Numbered from the stretch's first letter, positions 38,556 through 53,190 are shown. The stretch: DNA of 64,000 nt from Octopus sinensis (GCF_006345805.1 NC_043006.1:99138001-99202000); one strand, 5' to 3'. Notes: a model not told the origin generated them from the letters alone. Numbers and translations: made by a program.

Positions 38556-39805
38556 TACCAGGGTGGTCAGAAAAGTTCACTGTAGCGCTAGAAATATTGT
38601 ATGCATTAATTTCAACGCATCTTACTAATAATTGCATTGTTTCTTATGAGGTAAACATATGACGGTTCAAAGGAGACTTCAAAAGTAACAAGCAACTTCT
38701 CTTAACAATGAACAAAGTTTGATATCGTGGTGTTATCAAGTATCTGCAAAAAAGAAAGGCTTTAGACCCTAAGGACATTCATGCTGTCAAGGTTGCTACA
38801 TTAGGAAATGTCGCTCCAGTAGAAAAGTGATCGGTTCATTTCAGGACAGGAACGGAGTGTCTTGAAGATGACCCAAAGTTTGGACGTCATGCAACCGCTT
38901 CCAGCGCGGAAATCATTGATTGTTTTCACCACATGGGGATGGGTAGCAGGTGATTGACTATAAATCAAATAACCAATGCTATCAGCATATCGCACGAGAG
39001 AGTTGAGACTATTCTGCACAATGAATTTGGCATGACGTACGTTTCTCTTCCGTGGCTGCCACGTCTTCTAACACCTGATGAGAAGCGTACAAGGCTGATC
39101 ATATCGCAGGAAATCTCACATTGCTTGAGTTAGATCCATCTGATCTCCTTCAACTTTTCTTAACCCATGAACAATGTTGGGTTCATCATTTTGAGCAAGT
39201 GACAAATAGAGAGTTCAAGAAATGGAAACGTCCCTCCTCACCTGCTCCAAAGAAGGCCAAAGTCACCTTATCTGCAGGGAAGACGAAGGCCACGATGTTT
39301 TGGAATTCGAAAGGCATTATATTTATTGTCTATCTAAGGTTCGTAGCATAAATGGAGAGCGATATGCCAAATTAATTAAGTAGTTACAAAAGGCTATGAA
39401 GACCGAAGGCGAAGGAAAACTGACGAAAAGGGGTTTATCTCATCATAGAAATGTTCAAGCACACAATACCTTGGTATTAATAGCTGCTGTTCTTGACTAG
39501 TTTTGAACTGGTTGATCATCTCTATTATTCTCATTTTGCCCCATTTGAGTATTATCTGTTTTGAAACACGAGAGAAAGCATGGGTAGGGAACAATGTCAC
39601 GGCGATGATGACATCATACCTGCTGTTTATAACTTTTGTTACCAACAGGATGAAAGCTTCTTTAATCATAGGATTCAACGACTGTGGCACCAATTGAATA
39701 TGTGTTTCGCCTGCAAGCAGAGCTAGATTGAAAACTAAACCTCATGAGGTCGCATTACATGAGATTATTTTGGACAGCATATGCACTTTTCAGCAAACCC
39801 TCATA
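38556..39805 (+). mobile_element. decayed full-length mariner (about 1.25 kb)
   Basis: Imperfect TIRs TACCAGGGTGGTCAGAAAAGT / ACTTTTCAGCAAACCCTCATA; remnants WLPRLLTPDEK, THEQCWVHHFE, KVTLSAGK, HLYYSLILPH. Confidence 0.85.
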
Positions 39806-40434
39806 CAGTATGGGAAATTAGATAAAAATGAAATTGAACTATTAATTTAAAATCCATAGAAGAAATATTGAACAGATCTATTTAACACATTGAAAAATAT
39901 TTATGAAATCATTTAAAACATTGTAAATGTATTAAAAGATTATAAAATCATAAAGATTAAAAATTTATGAGGAAAATTTGTAATTACACGTTTAAGGAAC
40001 ACTTATAATTATGTTTATAATTAAAACTATCAAAAAATAATTGTAATAAGCAAAAACAGGAAATACGCCAAGAAAATTAGCAAATAAGAGGAAAAAAGAA
40101 CACATCGAAGTGTAAAGACGAGATACGTCAATTTTAATAAGTGAATTGATAATTGAGCGAATAAATAAATTAGCTGGGAATATTGATGTGGAGATGGTGA
40201 GTACATAGGTAAATAAATAAACCATGTTGATGATTATTACTAAAGTTACTGGTAAACAGAACACTACTAGAGGAAATTCATTACAAGTATGCAGACAACG
40301 ATACATGTTGTGCGCACATACACACACATATAATCACACACACAGATATGCGCATGCCGACGCGTGTAAACACACACATACACACAGATTCACTCACACA
40401 CACACATTGGCAAGAATGTATGCACGTGTCAATG

Positions 40435-40760
40435 CACGAGGCTTATTAGTTAGTGTCGGGCTCAAAATCATCAGCTTTAAGTTCAACTCACGGATCAGGC
40501 TGTATCTTGTGTTCTTGAGCAAGACACTTTATTTCACGATGCTCCAGTTCTCTCATCTGTAGAAATGATATGCGACGTCACTGGTGGCAAGATGCATTGT
40601 CCTTTGCCTTTCTTTTGGGTAACCTTGTTGCCATGGAGAGGGCAGACTGGTATGCATAGGTGACTGTTAGCCTTCTATAAAACAGCTCAGACCTGTGCCT
40701 CTGAGGGAAATATTTTAGGAGCAATCCCTTGATTGTTCATGATCGGAAGGGGTCAGAAAC
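40435..40760 (+). mobile_element. degenerate SINE with a family C-like head
   Basis: GTGTTCTTGAGCAAGACACTTTATTTCACG is shared with 52880-52915. Confidence 0.55.
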
Positions 40761-40857
40761 ATAATGTATGTATTATGATTAATACCTCTAACTTTTGAGC
40801 AAATATTTAGAATCCTCAACCGACAATGGCACTCACAATTCCACACACACACTCTCT

Positions 40858-41057
40858 CTTTACTCTTTTACTCTTTTACTTCTTTCAGTCATTTGACTGC
40901 GGCCATGCTGGAGCACCGCCTTTTTAGTCGAAGAAATCGCCCCCGGGACTTATTCTTTGTAAGCCCAGTACTTATTCTATCGGTCTCTTTTTGCCGAACT
41001 GCTAAGTGACGGAAACGTAAACACACCAGAATCGGTTGTCAAGCAATGCTAGGGGGA

Positions 41058-41148
<91 letters not shown>

Positions 41149-41322
41149 ATACATATATACGACAGGCTTCTTTCAGTTTATGTCTACCAATTCACTCACA
41201 AGGCATTGGTCGGCCCGGGGCTATAGCAGAAGACACTTGCCCAAGATGTCTCGCAGTGGGACTGAAGCCGGAACCATGAGGTTGGTTAGCAGGCTACTTA
41301 CCACACAGCCACTCCTGCGCCT
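40858..41322 (-). mobile_element. SINE family A, full length
   Basis: Reverse complement of the family A consensus with an expanded internal microsatellite. Confidence 0.9.
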
Positions 41323-41328
41323 ATATAT

Positions 41329-41360
<32 letters not shown>

Positions 41361-41361
41361 A

Positions 41362-41404
<43 letters not shown>

Positions 41405-42303
41405 ATATATATATATTTAACAGTTTGCTTAAAAATTAGATTTAAATGAAAATACAAATGCTACTACTATAACCATCAATATTGTCAAAGATAATTCTTA
41501 TTAATGTTTAATGTTTCTTTATGTTTTTATTTTCTTAAATCTATTTGATAATATACAAATGGCTGCATTGCTAAGATCGGTATCTCTTATTTTCTTAATT
41601 TTGTTGACTTTCTAGGCTCGCAGGTATTTTGCAAAGTAATTAGTTTTCTTACACGTGCTGCCTTACTTCACACATTTTGATCATTATATATATTGTTGAT
41701 TTTTCGTATCATATATATTCTTTCGCAATAATAGATATCTCAATATATATCTCAGTTACTTCCAGAATAGAGCCGTGTACTTTTATGAATACAGGTAGAC
41801 ATAATAACAAAACATTGTAAAACAGGTAGGTGTAATTAAATTAATTAATATTCCGCCAGAATTATATATATTCTTAAATCTCGACATATATTCTACATGA
41901 ATGTAATAATCATATTTAAAATAATGGTACGATTAGTATCATATTAAACACGTGAATATAAAGTACATATAACCAAGCTCATTCATTTGTCACACAATTT
42001 TGACTTAAGCAAAACTGCAGCTATATCTCAAGATAAGCTTGTTTTTAACATTCTCTTAATATTGTTTATAATTACAAATAGTGTAATCGTCACGTTAGCT
42101 TACAAAATTTCTGTAAAACTTAGTGAAAACGCCGTGTACATATATTTTTGCTATTTTCCTACTTATTTCAAACATTTAACCAGAGTAAGCTCCTTTTCTC
42201 TCTCTTCTCTCTCTTTCGTTCCATCTATGTTTCTTCTCTCTTTTTCGCCCCCACTATCGCCCTCTATTCACTTATTCGCGATCTACATTATATATATATA
42301 TAT

Positions 42304-42362
<59 letters not shown>

Positions 42363-42371
42363 TAGGGATAA

Positions 42372-42510
42372 TTCACACGAAAAACAAAAGACGAAAACAG
42401 GTGATGAAGACAACAAATTAGTATAACTCTCGGAAAGTGAAAATGTCTTTAACTTTTCGAGCCTACGCTCTTCCACAGAAAGGAACACAGAAAGAAAGAA
42501 GGAGACAGAA
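42372..42510 (-). mobile_element. pLTR-like fragment, CUGU-core HHR family
   Basis: The minus strand reads CTTT CTGTGGAA GAGC GTAG GCTC GAAA AG TT AAAGAC (42445-42482). Confidence 0.7.
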
Positions 42511-42548
<38 letters not shown>

Positions 42549-42555
<7 letters not shown>

Positions 42556-45500
42556 CAACAATTGAGGGTAAAATTAATTAATTATTAATCAATTTCACCA
42601 AGTGTTCAGTATGCAAAGGGACCATTTAAGGCGAATTCAAATTATTACATTATATAAAAGGGCTTAGTAAAATAAATACTTTGCCGCATACTGAACTCAT
42701 TAGAAATAGCAGCTAAAAAACTTTTTAAAAACTATTTCTAATACTTAAAGAAAACCTCTCTCATAAAGTGTTTGCTCAACTCAACTCACGAAAGTTTGGG
42801 GGTAAAGACATAAAAAATCAAATGCAAAGGTTATTTGAGAACGTACGTTTCAAGATTAGTCAACACGACACTTCTATCATCAGCTCAGAAACTCCTTGGT
42901 TTGGATTTGAAAACACTGAAAGTGAGAGCATACCCTTTCGGCTTCTCATCGCTTTCGAAGATCTGCTCGTAACTAACAGTGCCAACAAACTCAAATATGC
43001 AAGCGAAGAATTACTGTTCTCCCCTTTCCACCAGCGTGGGTTAAAATCAGCAAACACTATGCTTATTTCGGTAAAATCCGAAGCATTAATTAGAGGGAGA
43101 TTAATTATAATTTCAACAATTGAGGGTAAAATTAATTAATTATTAATCAATTTCACCAAGTGTTCAGTATGCAAAGGGACCATTTAAGGCGAATTCAAAT
43201 TATTACATTATATAAAAGGGCTTAGTAAAATAAATTACTTTGCCGCATACTGAACTCATTAGAAATAGCAGCTAAAAAACTTTTTAAAAACTATTTCTAA
43301 TACTAAAGAAAACCTCTCTCATAAAGTGTTTGCTCAACTCAACTCACGAAAGTTTGGGGGTAAAGACATAAAAAATCAAATGCAAAGGTTATTTGAGAAC
43401 GTACGTTTCAAGATTAGTCAACACGACACTTCTATCATCAGCTCAGAACTCCTTGGTTTGGATTTGAAAACACTGAAAGTGAGAGCATACCTTTCGGCTT
43501 CTCATCGCTTTCGAAGATCTGCTCGTAACTAACAGTGCCAACAAACTCAATATGCAAGCGAAGAATTACTGTTCTCCCCTTTCCACCAGCGTGGGTTAAA
43601 ATCAGCAAACACTATGCTTATTTCGGTAAAATCCGAAGCATTAATTAGAGGGAGATTAATTATAATTTCAACAATTGAGGGTAAAATTAATTAATTATTA
43701 ATCAATTTCACCAAGTGTTCAGTATGCAAAGGGACCATTTAAGGCGAATTCAAATTATTACATTATATAAAAGGGCTTAGTAAAATAAATTACTTTGCCG
43801 CATACTGAACTCATTAGAAATAGCAGCTAAAAAACTTTTTAAAAACTATTTCTAATACTTAAAGAAAACCTCTCTCATAAAGTGTTTGCTCAACTCAACT
43901 CACGAAAGTTTGGGGGTAAAGACATAAAAAATCAAATGCAAAGGTTATTTGAGAACGTACGTTTCAAGATTAGTCAACACGACACTTCTATCATCAGCTC
44001 AGAAACTCCTTGGTTTGGATTTGAAAACACTGAAAGTGAGAGCATACCCTTTCGGCTTCTCATCGCTTTCGAAGATCTGCTCGTAACTAACAGTGCCAAC
44101 AAACTCAAATATGCAAGCGAAGAATTACTGTTCTCCCCTTTCACCAGCGTGGTTAAAATCAGCAAACACTATGCTTATTTCGGTAAAATCCGAAGCATTA
44201 ATTAGAGGGAGATTAATTATAATTTCAACAATTGAGGGTAAAATTAATTAATTATTAATCAATTTCACCAAGTGTTCAGTATGCAAAGGGACCATTTAAG
44301 GCGAATTCAAATTATTACATTATATAAAAGGGCTTAGTAAAATAAATTACTTTGCCGCATACTGAACTCATTAGAAATAGCAGCTAAAAAACTTTTTAAA
44401 AACTATTTCTAATACTTAAAGAAAACCTCTCTCATAAAGTGTTTGCTCAACTCAACTCACGAAAGTTTGGGGGTAAAGACATAAAAAATCAAATGCAAAG
44501 GTTATTTGAGAACGTACGTTTCAAGATTAGTCAACACGACACTTCTATCATCAGCTCAGAAACTCCTTGGTTTGGATTTGAAAACACTGAAGTGAGAGCA
44601 TACCCTTTCGGCTTCTCATCGCTTTCGAAGATCTGCTCGTAACTAACAGTGCCAACAAACTCAAATATGCAAGCGAAGAATTACTGTTCTCCCCTTTCCA
44701 CCAGCGTGGGTTAAAATCAGCAAACACTATGCTTATTTCGGTAAAATCCGAAGCATTAATTAGAGGGAGATTAATTATAATTTCAACAATTGAGGGTAAA
44801 ATTAATTAATTATTAATCAATTTCACCAAGTGAGAGAGGTTTTCTTAAGTATTAGAAATAGTTTTTAAAAAGTTTTTTAGCTGCTATTTCTAATGAGTTC
44901 AGTATGCGGCAAAGTAATTTATTTTACTAAGCCCTTTTATATAATGTAATAATTTGAATTCGCCTTAAATGGTCCCTTTGCATACTGAACACTTGGTGAA
45001 ATTGATTAATAATTAATTAATTTTACCCTCAATTGTTGAAATTATAATTAATCTCCCTCTAATTAATGCTTCGGATTTTACCGAAATAAGCATAGTGTTT
45101 GCTGATTTTAACCCACGCTGGTGGAAAGGGGAGAACAGTAATTCTTCGCTTGCATATTTGAGTTTGTTGGCACTGTTAGTTACGAGCAGATCTTCGAAAG
45201 CGATGAGAAGCCGAAAGGGTATGCTCTCACTTTCAGTGTTTTCAAATCCAAACCAAGGAGTTTCTGAGCTGATGATAGAAGTGTCGTGTGACTAATCTTG
45301 AAACGTACGTTCTCAAATAACCTTTGCATTTGATTTTTTATGTCTTTACCCCCAAACTTTCGTGAGTTGAGTTGAGCAAACACTTTATGAGAGAGGTTTT
45401 CTTTAAGTATTAGAAATAGTTTTTAAAAAGTTTTTTAGCTGCTATTTCTAATGAGTTCAGTATGCGGCAAAGTAATTTATTTTACTAAGCCCTTTTATAT

Positions 45501-47168
45501 AATGTAATAATTTGAATTCGCCTTAAATGGTCCCTTTGCATACTGAACACTTGGTGAAATTGATTAATAATTAATTAATTTTACCCTCAATTGTTGAAAT
45601 TATAATTAATCTCCCTCTAATTAATGCTTCGGATTTTACCGAAATAAGCATAGTGTTTGCTGATTTTAACCCACGCTGTGTAAAGGGGAGACAGTAATTC
45701 TTCGCTTGCATATTTGAGTTTGTTGGCACTGTTAGTTACGAGCAGATCTTCGAAAGCGATGAGAAGCCGAAAGGGTATGCTCTCACTTTCAGTGTTTTCA
45801 AATCCAAACCAAGGAGTTTCTGAGCTGATGATAGAAGTGTCGTGTTGACTAATCTTGAAACGTACGTTCTCAAATAACCTTTGCATTTGATTTTTTATGT
45901 CTTAACCCCCAAACTTTCGTGAGTTGAGTTGAGCAAACACTTTATGAGAGAGGTTTTCTTTAATATTAGAAATAGTTTTTAAAAAGTTTTTTAGCTGCTA
46001 TTTCTAATGAGTTCAGTATGCGGCAAAGTAATTTATTTTACTAAGCCCTTTTATATAATGTAATAATTTGAATTCGCCTTAAATGGTCCCTTTGCATACT
46101 GAACACTTGGTGAAATTGATTAATAATTAATTAATTTTACCCTCAATTGTTGAAATTATAATTAATCTCCTCTCTAATTAATGCTCGGATTTTACCGAAA
46201 TAAGCATAGTGTTTGCTGATTTTAACCCACGCTGGTGGAAAGGGGAGAACAGTAATTCTTCGCTTGCATCTTGAGTTTGTTGGCACTGTTAGTTACGAGC
46301 AGATCTTCGAAAGCGATGAGAAGCCGAAAGGGTATGCTCTCACTTTCAGTGTTTTCAAATCCAAACCAAGGAGTTTCTGAGCTGATGATAGAAGTGTCGT
46401 GTTGACTAATCTTGAAACGTACGTTCTCAAATAACCTTTGCATTTGATTTTTTATGTTTTTACCCCCAACTTTCGTGAGTTGAGTTGAGCAAACACTTTA
46501 TGAGAGAGGTTTTCTTTAAGTATTAGAAATAGTTTTTAAAAAGTTTTTTAGCTGCTATTTCTAATGAGTTCAGTATGCGGCAAAGTAGTTTATTTATTTT
46601 ACTAAGCCCTTTGATATAATGTAATAATTTGAATTCGCCTTAAATGGTCCCTTTGCATACTGAACACTTGGTGAAATTGATTATAATTAATTAATTTTAC
46701 CCTCAATTGTTGAAATTATAATTAATCTCCCTTAATTAATGCTTCGGATTTTACCGAAATAAGCATAGTGTTTGTGATTTTAACCCACGCTGGGGAAAGG
46801 GGAGAACAGTAATTCTTCGCTTGCATATTTGAGTGTGTGGCACTGTTAGTTACGAGCAGATCTTCGAAAGCGATGAGAAGCCGAAAGGGTATGCTCTCAC
46901 TTTCAGTGTTTTCAAATCCAACCCAGGAGTTTCTGAGCTGATGATAGAAGTGTCGTGTTGACTAATCTTGAAACGTACGTTCTCAAATAACCTTTGCATT
47001 TGATTTTGTTCTGTCTTTACCCCCAAACTTTCGTGAGTTGAGTTGAGCAAACACTTTATGAGAGAGGTTTTCTTTAAGTATTAGAAATAGTTTTTAAAAA
47101 GTTTTAGCTGCTATTTCTAATGAGTTCAGTATGCGGCAAAGTAATTTATTTTACTAAGCCCTTTATAT
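42549..47168. repeat. tandem array of about 8.3 copies of a 557-bp unit with a central inversion at 44831
   Basis: Forward starts at 42551, 43109, 43664, 44221 and 44779; reverse registers at 44831, 45388, 45945, 46501 and 47059; (TA)n on both flanks. Confidence 0.95.
45265..45315 (+). ncRNA. type I hammerhead in the 557-bp unit (8 copies)
   Basis: TGAG CTGATGA T AGA..GTC..GAC..TCT T GAAA CGTACG TT CTCA. The core is at 45269, 45825, 46382 and 46938 (plus) and at 42877, 43435, 43991 and 44548 (minus); U.U at the base of stem II. Confidence 0.75.
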
Positions 47169-47180
47169 ACTATATATTAA

Positions 47181-47231
<51 letters not shown>

Positions 47232-47419
47232 TATATATATATATATATGTATATAAGTCATAATACATAGATTTCATTTATACAATTTACTCATGAAAGA
47301 ATTTCTCCATAGTGTATCATTCTACAAAACATATAGAATGATATATATTTTCTCGTACGATTTAAGACAAAATTTTAACATATATATTGTGCTGGTTGTT
47401 AGGATAAGTATTTGCCTCC

Positions 47420-47570
<151 letters not shown>

Positions 47571-47899
47571 CATATATATTCATATGCGTATGTGTGCCTG
47601 TGCGTGGGTGTGTATGTGTTTGTATGTGTGTGTGTATCTGTTTGTATGTGTGTGTTCGTGTGTATGTGTGTATACCATTGAATAAAACAGAATCTCTTGC
47701 ATATTATCTTGACTGATCTAAATTTTTCCCAGAAAATGATCATATTCTCATTGTGGCTCTTTCGCGAAGTGTTTATACTTATTTGTATGGCATCTTGCAG
47801 TTTACTGTCGCCTGCAAATTGAGCATTTGTAAACTAAAGTTTTAAACAAGACTTACTTCGGGCGTTGGAAAATACGTCTATCGTGTTCACCAGTAAATA

Positions 47900-47961
47900 T
47901 GATTATGATGATGGTGATGATGATGATAATAATAATATAATAATAATAATAATAATAATAA

Positions 47962-47992
<31 letters not shown>

Positions 47993-48058
47993 AAGAAGAA
48001 AGAGAAGAAGAAGAAGATGATAATAATAATAATTGTAATAATAATAATAATAATATTT

Positions 48059-48128
<70 letters not shown>

Positions 48129-48130
48129 CA
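47900..48130. repeat. (TGA)n-(TAA)n-(GAA)n-(TAA)n trinucleotide microsatellite
   Basis: Direct reading. Confidence 0.95.
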
Positions 48131-49339
48131 AGGTATATTAAGCTGATTGAAAAATTTTACAATCTGCTTACTCAGACGTGATTCATCTTCACTTTTCCAA
48201 AGTCCAAGACGTTCGGATCATGACTTTCTTTGAAATTTGTTACCAAATGAAGACAGCTGTTCTGGCCAAATATCTTGAAATAACTAACGATTAGAAGCTA
48301 AAACTCATTCAAAACGATTAGATGCGTAAGAGGATCCACTCTTTCTTAAAGCAGAACAAACAATTTGTTTTGGATTTCTTGAATGATATCCAATCTGTTT
48401 ATTATTGTCTGTCATTGTATAAAATGTAAAAATTGGTTGTAACATTCTAATTTTAAGGACACATTCTTTAACTATAGGATTGCCTGAAAGCACACCTCAT
48501 TTAATCCTAATTGGGTGCAATCAGTTGCATGAAATTACAAAATGCAATTCGATTCCTAATTGCTACAATATTCAAGCAGCGGTAACTTGGACAATTATTT
48601 TGCATCATAGCCTCCTATCAGCTAAAGATTTGGAGTAGATTAGAATTATGTGGAAGCCGGGAAAGGGTGCCATTATTCTTTGTGACTAGTAGTAGAAATG
48701 CTCTTCAAAATTTAGAATTACATCTGGTATTTCTCTACTTTTCATGCCTTCCCACACTGTAGGAATACTTGTGTTTTTCTTGCCTGTAAGCATAACTCAT
48801 CGTCACCGTTAACGCTACATCTCTTCCCCAGCTTACAACAATAATCAGCGAAATAGTGGATGCGGAGATTATACCATTTGATATTGAGTGTGTAATATTG
48901 GACCGCTATATATCTAACCCAAATATGATTGTCACAACTTTTATCATTGTTTTACTAACTTTATAGTCTGATATTACTTGTGAGTAACATTGCGTTGACT
49001 AGATGTGAAATCAATGAACAGATATAATATTATTGATAATCATACTGTTAAGAAGACGCGATAATATATAGTATATCTGCAAGGAATAACGTCCATTTGT
49101 TAAACCATAGATATGAGAGTAATGATTATTCGTTATATTAACATAAGCTTCTTTTCTTCCATCACATATATAATAAAAAATACTAATATTGCTTCTAGGT
49201 ATTATTGATACATATATTGTTCTGCAAGTAGAAAAAGTATTTGCAAATCTGATACCAAAATATTGGAAAAGTAACTTAAACACTGCGAATCATACTCCTG
49301 CACATACACAGACGCACACACAAATACATATTTTTATGA

Positions 49340-49422
<83 letters not shown>

Positions 49423-50172
49423 CACATGTATATATAAGTACGTAGGCGTGTATGGATATATGAATACGTGTGATTGTCTGTTGATTAGCGTCTGTGTACG
49501 TGTAAGCATCTTCGAGAGGGGAAAACATTGATACACCTATATGAATAGATTTCCTGTATGAAAATCTATCAAACTCGTATTTAAATATATTTCTTAAGTT
49601 TGACTGAGGATCGTGTAGTCAAAAATATTCCAAAGTCATGGTGAACAAGAAAGGAATTCTGACAAAAAGATCAAATGCCTTACGAAAATTCTGATTATCA
49701 ATGTTGGCATGATTATGTTTCAAATTAATATATCATATTTTATTATATGTATCATACAATGAAATGGACATTATATAGAGACGTTGAGTAGAAGAGATAT
49801 ATTCTGATTATTTGATTAAATGTGTAATTTCGATGATAACCATTGGAATGGGTTCTAGATATGCAAATTGTTAGACATGATTACAAGCCAGAAAATTATA
49901 GCTGACTATGTTATCTGATATCCAATGTTGCGTACATTTTAATGTGTTCGTGTAACGTACACGATAAAGAACTGGTGTAAATTACTTATATAATTTCGTT
50001 TCATCTCCTTTTGATCTGTACCCACGGATAATTTTGATACTAATCATTTCAGAGTACATTAAACAACATAATAAATATACTAGGTTTATTCAATATGTTA
50101 TCGCCTTCATTTATAATATGGACATCTTGTTTCAATGAAAAATATCATTGGGATAGCAATCGTTCATCTTTC

Positions 50173-50215
<43 letters not shown>

Positions 50216-50599
50216 CATCACCTTCCTCAATCCAGCACATATTTCTTCATATGTTTATATACAGTAGTTCATCATGCTACAAATTACCAAGTATTGCAAA
50301 TACCACTGCTTGTTAACAGTAAGAATATAGACTTGTTAGATATTGTATACGTTATTAAATGCCATTAACCGTGTCGGATATTGATAGAATACACAAAAAG
50401 ATAGCTCTGCATCCATTACAGTCGGCGTGTTGTTAAATAACAATAACAGCAGCCGCAGCTACTTGAAACAAGTTCAATTGAATGGATAATGAGAAACCTT
50501 TGAAAGGCTTTCATGTTTACCTTTAGATTTTCTATGCATTATGGAATTACTGAAAAATGAACTGGTAAATTATGCATCAGAGACTGGATATTGGTTTTC

Positions 50600-50970
50600 A
50601 ACAGCTTACGAGTCCGAAAAACAACATTAAGAATCATACATTGAATTAAAGACACTCGAACATACATTCACACATGGGACTATATATACATGGGGAACTA
50701 CCACCTTTATCATCTCTTGTGAAAGGTAGGAGAGTCCAGTTTGCTGGACATTGTTGTAGAGCTGAAAACGAGGCTATTTCTACTCTTCTCCTCTGGCAGC
50801 CATCTACTCGCGATACCAGAGGGCGCACACTCTCCTACCTTGATGTAATCCCCAGAGATACAGGCATCCAGCAACAGGACCACCGTAATGCTATGATGGA
50901 CCGTGAAGTCTGGCGTAGCATAATAAATTCCATTGTTCGACTATGGTCGAACAATGATGAATCATGATAT
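50600..50970 (+). pseudogene. RTE-type LINE 3' fragment
   Basis: RRVQFAGHCCR..EAISTLLLWQP...LSYLDVIPRDTG...AMMDREVWR matches the RTE ORF C-terminus; short TGA-type tail. Confidence 0.75.
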
Positions 50971-51435
50971 ATACATATCGCTGCAATTAGGCAAAAGTGT
51001 CGTAAATCCAAAACGTTGCTTTTTCAGAAAAGTAAAACATAGTTTCACCATTTCAGAGCAAAGCCGTTGTACTACACTTGGCAATTTTTAATATCTATGC
51101 ATCTGAGGCGGCCGGAAACACAATAACACGACCAAAAGAACCGGCTATTGCAAGGGAAAATAAATAGTGAAAACGACGCATTTGACCAAATTTGTACAGA
51201 AAATAGTTTAAGATAATAGAAAAGATATATAGGTATACGCACAGATACTCACACAGACATATACACACAAACACAAACGCTCGTGCACAGAGACACAAAC
51301 ATGCAAGTAAACTAACTGTGATGATTTATTTATATTTCCATTTTCCATAAATGGTCATCCCTGTTCTAGAAAACATATCTCTTTGGCAGAGCGTATGTAT
51401 ACATACATCAAAATAGACACATTCAAGCACACATG

Positions 51436-51502
<67 letters not shown>

Positions 51503-51529
51503 GCATATATACATACATGTTATATATAT

Positions 51530-51579
<50 letters not shown>

Positions 51580-51712
51580 TATATATAATATATAATATAT
51601 AATTATAATATAAATTAAATAATCTTATGTATTGGGTTAAGTTTTTCATTGTATGATTTGCCTAATAGTGGTTTTGTCTCTAATTTAATATAATATATAT
51701 ATATTATATATA

Positions 51713-51848
<136 letters not shown>

Positions 51849-52024
51849 AAATTTTAAATGAGGGTTAGAAAATAAAAATTTCTAGCATAAGGGTGTCCAC
51901 ATAGTGGTTTCCCTCTAATATGTATGTATATATATATATGTACACAGTATGGGAGGTTTAGTTCACAGGTGATCTTAACGATTAGGTACGCTAAGTGCTG
52001 CAACGGGTAATTAGGACTCCGAAG

Positions 52025-52600
52025 TTATAACCGAGAAGGTAGATGTGGGGCCATTGCAAATTTCCGTAGAAGATTGTTAAAGAGGACAACAAATGCTAAG
52101 CCAAGGCAAATATCGCAAGTCTTATACATTATTATTATTGAAAACATTCGGGTATCCCCTACTATGGGATATGTCGTCATCAGAGATAAATAGGGGAAAA
52201 CAGGGAAAATGAGAAGAGTATATATTAATGGAATGACCATATAAAGGAAGGGAGTAAAGGAATAAAGAGATGAATAAAAAAGCAAAAAAGTTCAAAATTC
52301 ATATTCTTTGCGATGTTGTAGAAAGAAATGCATAATTCCTTAGGAGTAATCATGCGTAGATCCATGTGTGTATATGTGGACTTATGCATTTGTCTCTACA
52401 TCATCGGAAAGATGAAATATGAAAGTTTATCCTTCTTTATTCTTCTCTCTTCATCTCCTTATTCATTTACTACGTTTATCTATGTCATCATTCCATTACT
52501 ATATACCCTACGTATTTTCCCTATTTTCCCTATTTGTCTCTGATGACGGAATATGCCATACTCCGGGATATCCCAGAAACAGCAGTAAGGCTTCGAATTT
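52025..52600. mobile_element. old inverted pLTR-like pair with HHR motifs at the outer ends
   Basis: 52140-52350 is a diverged reverse complement of 52375-52590. CTGATGA lies at 52177-52183 (minus) and 52540 (plus: GTCT CTGATGA...GAAA CAGCAG TA AGGC). Confidence 0.7.
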
Positions 52601-52637
52601 TTTTATATATATATATATTATATATACACATAGATAC

Positions 52638-52702
<65 letters not shown>

Positions 52703-52728
52703 ATATGTATATATGTATGTATATATAT

Positions 52729-52764
<36 letters not shown>

Positions 52765-52807
52765 GTTTGTATGTATATACGCACATATATATATATATAT
52801 ATATATG

Positions 52808-53128
52808 AAGACTCGTGGCTTAGTGCTTAGGGCATTCGGCTCACGGTTGTAAGGTCGTGAGTTCAATTCGTGGCGACGCGTTGTGTCCCTGAGCAAGACA
52901 TTTTATTTCACGTTGCTCTAGTCTACTCAGCTGGCAAAAATGAGTTATACCTGTATTCCAAAGGGTCAGCCGTGTCTCGCTCTGTATCACGCTTATTCTC
53001 CCTGAGAACTATGTTAGGGGCACACGTGTCTGTGGATTGCTCAGTTCAGTCACTTGCACGTTAATTTCTCGAGCAAGCTGTTCCGTTAATCGTATCAGTT
53101 GGGATCCCCATCGTCGTAACCGACGGAA
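52808..53128 (+). mobile_element. SINE family C, full length
   Basis: TGGCTTAGTGCTTAG (A box), GAGTTCAATT (B box), body shared with 10555-10800. Confidence 0.85.
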
Positions 53129-53155
53129 TGATCTTATATATATATATATATATAT

Positions 53156-53190
<35 letters not shown>

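Noticed and set aside
39075-39081. CTGATGA as a hammerhead core
   Set aside because: It lies within mariner coding remnant (TPDEK) with no compatible stems or GAAA..UH.
42650-42662. TATATAAAAGGG as a TATA box in the 557-bp unit
   Set aside because: Expected by chance in AT-rich DNA and oriented antisense to the ribozyme.
42768-43139. 123-aa ORF repeated in the 557-bp array
   Set aside because: GTG start, no recognisable domain, antisense to the ribozyme and inconsistent between copies; indel noise means it cannot be fully excluded.
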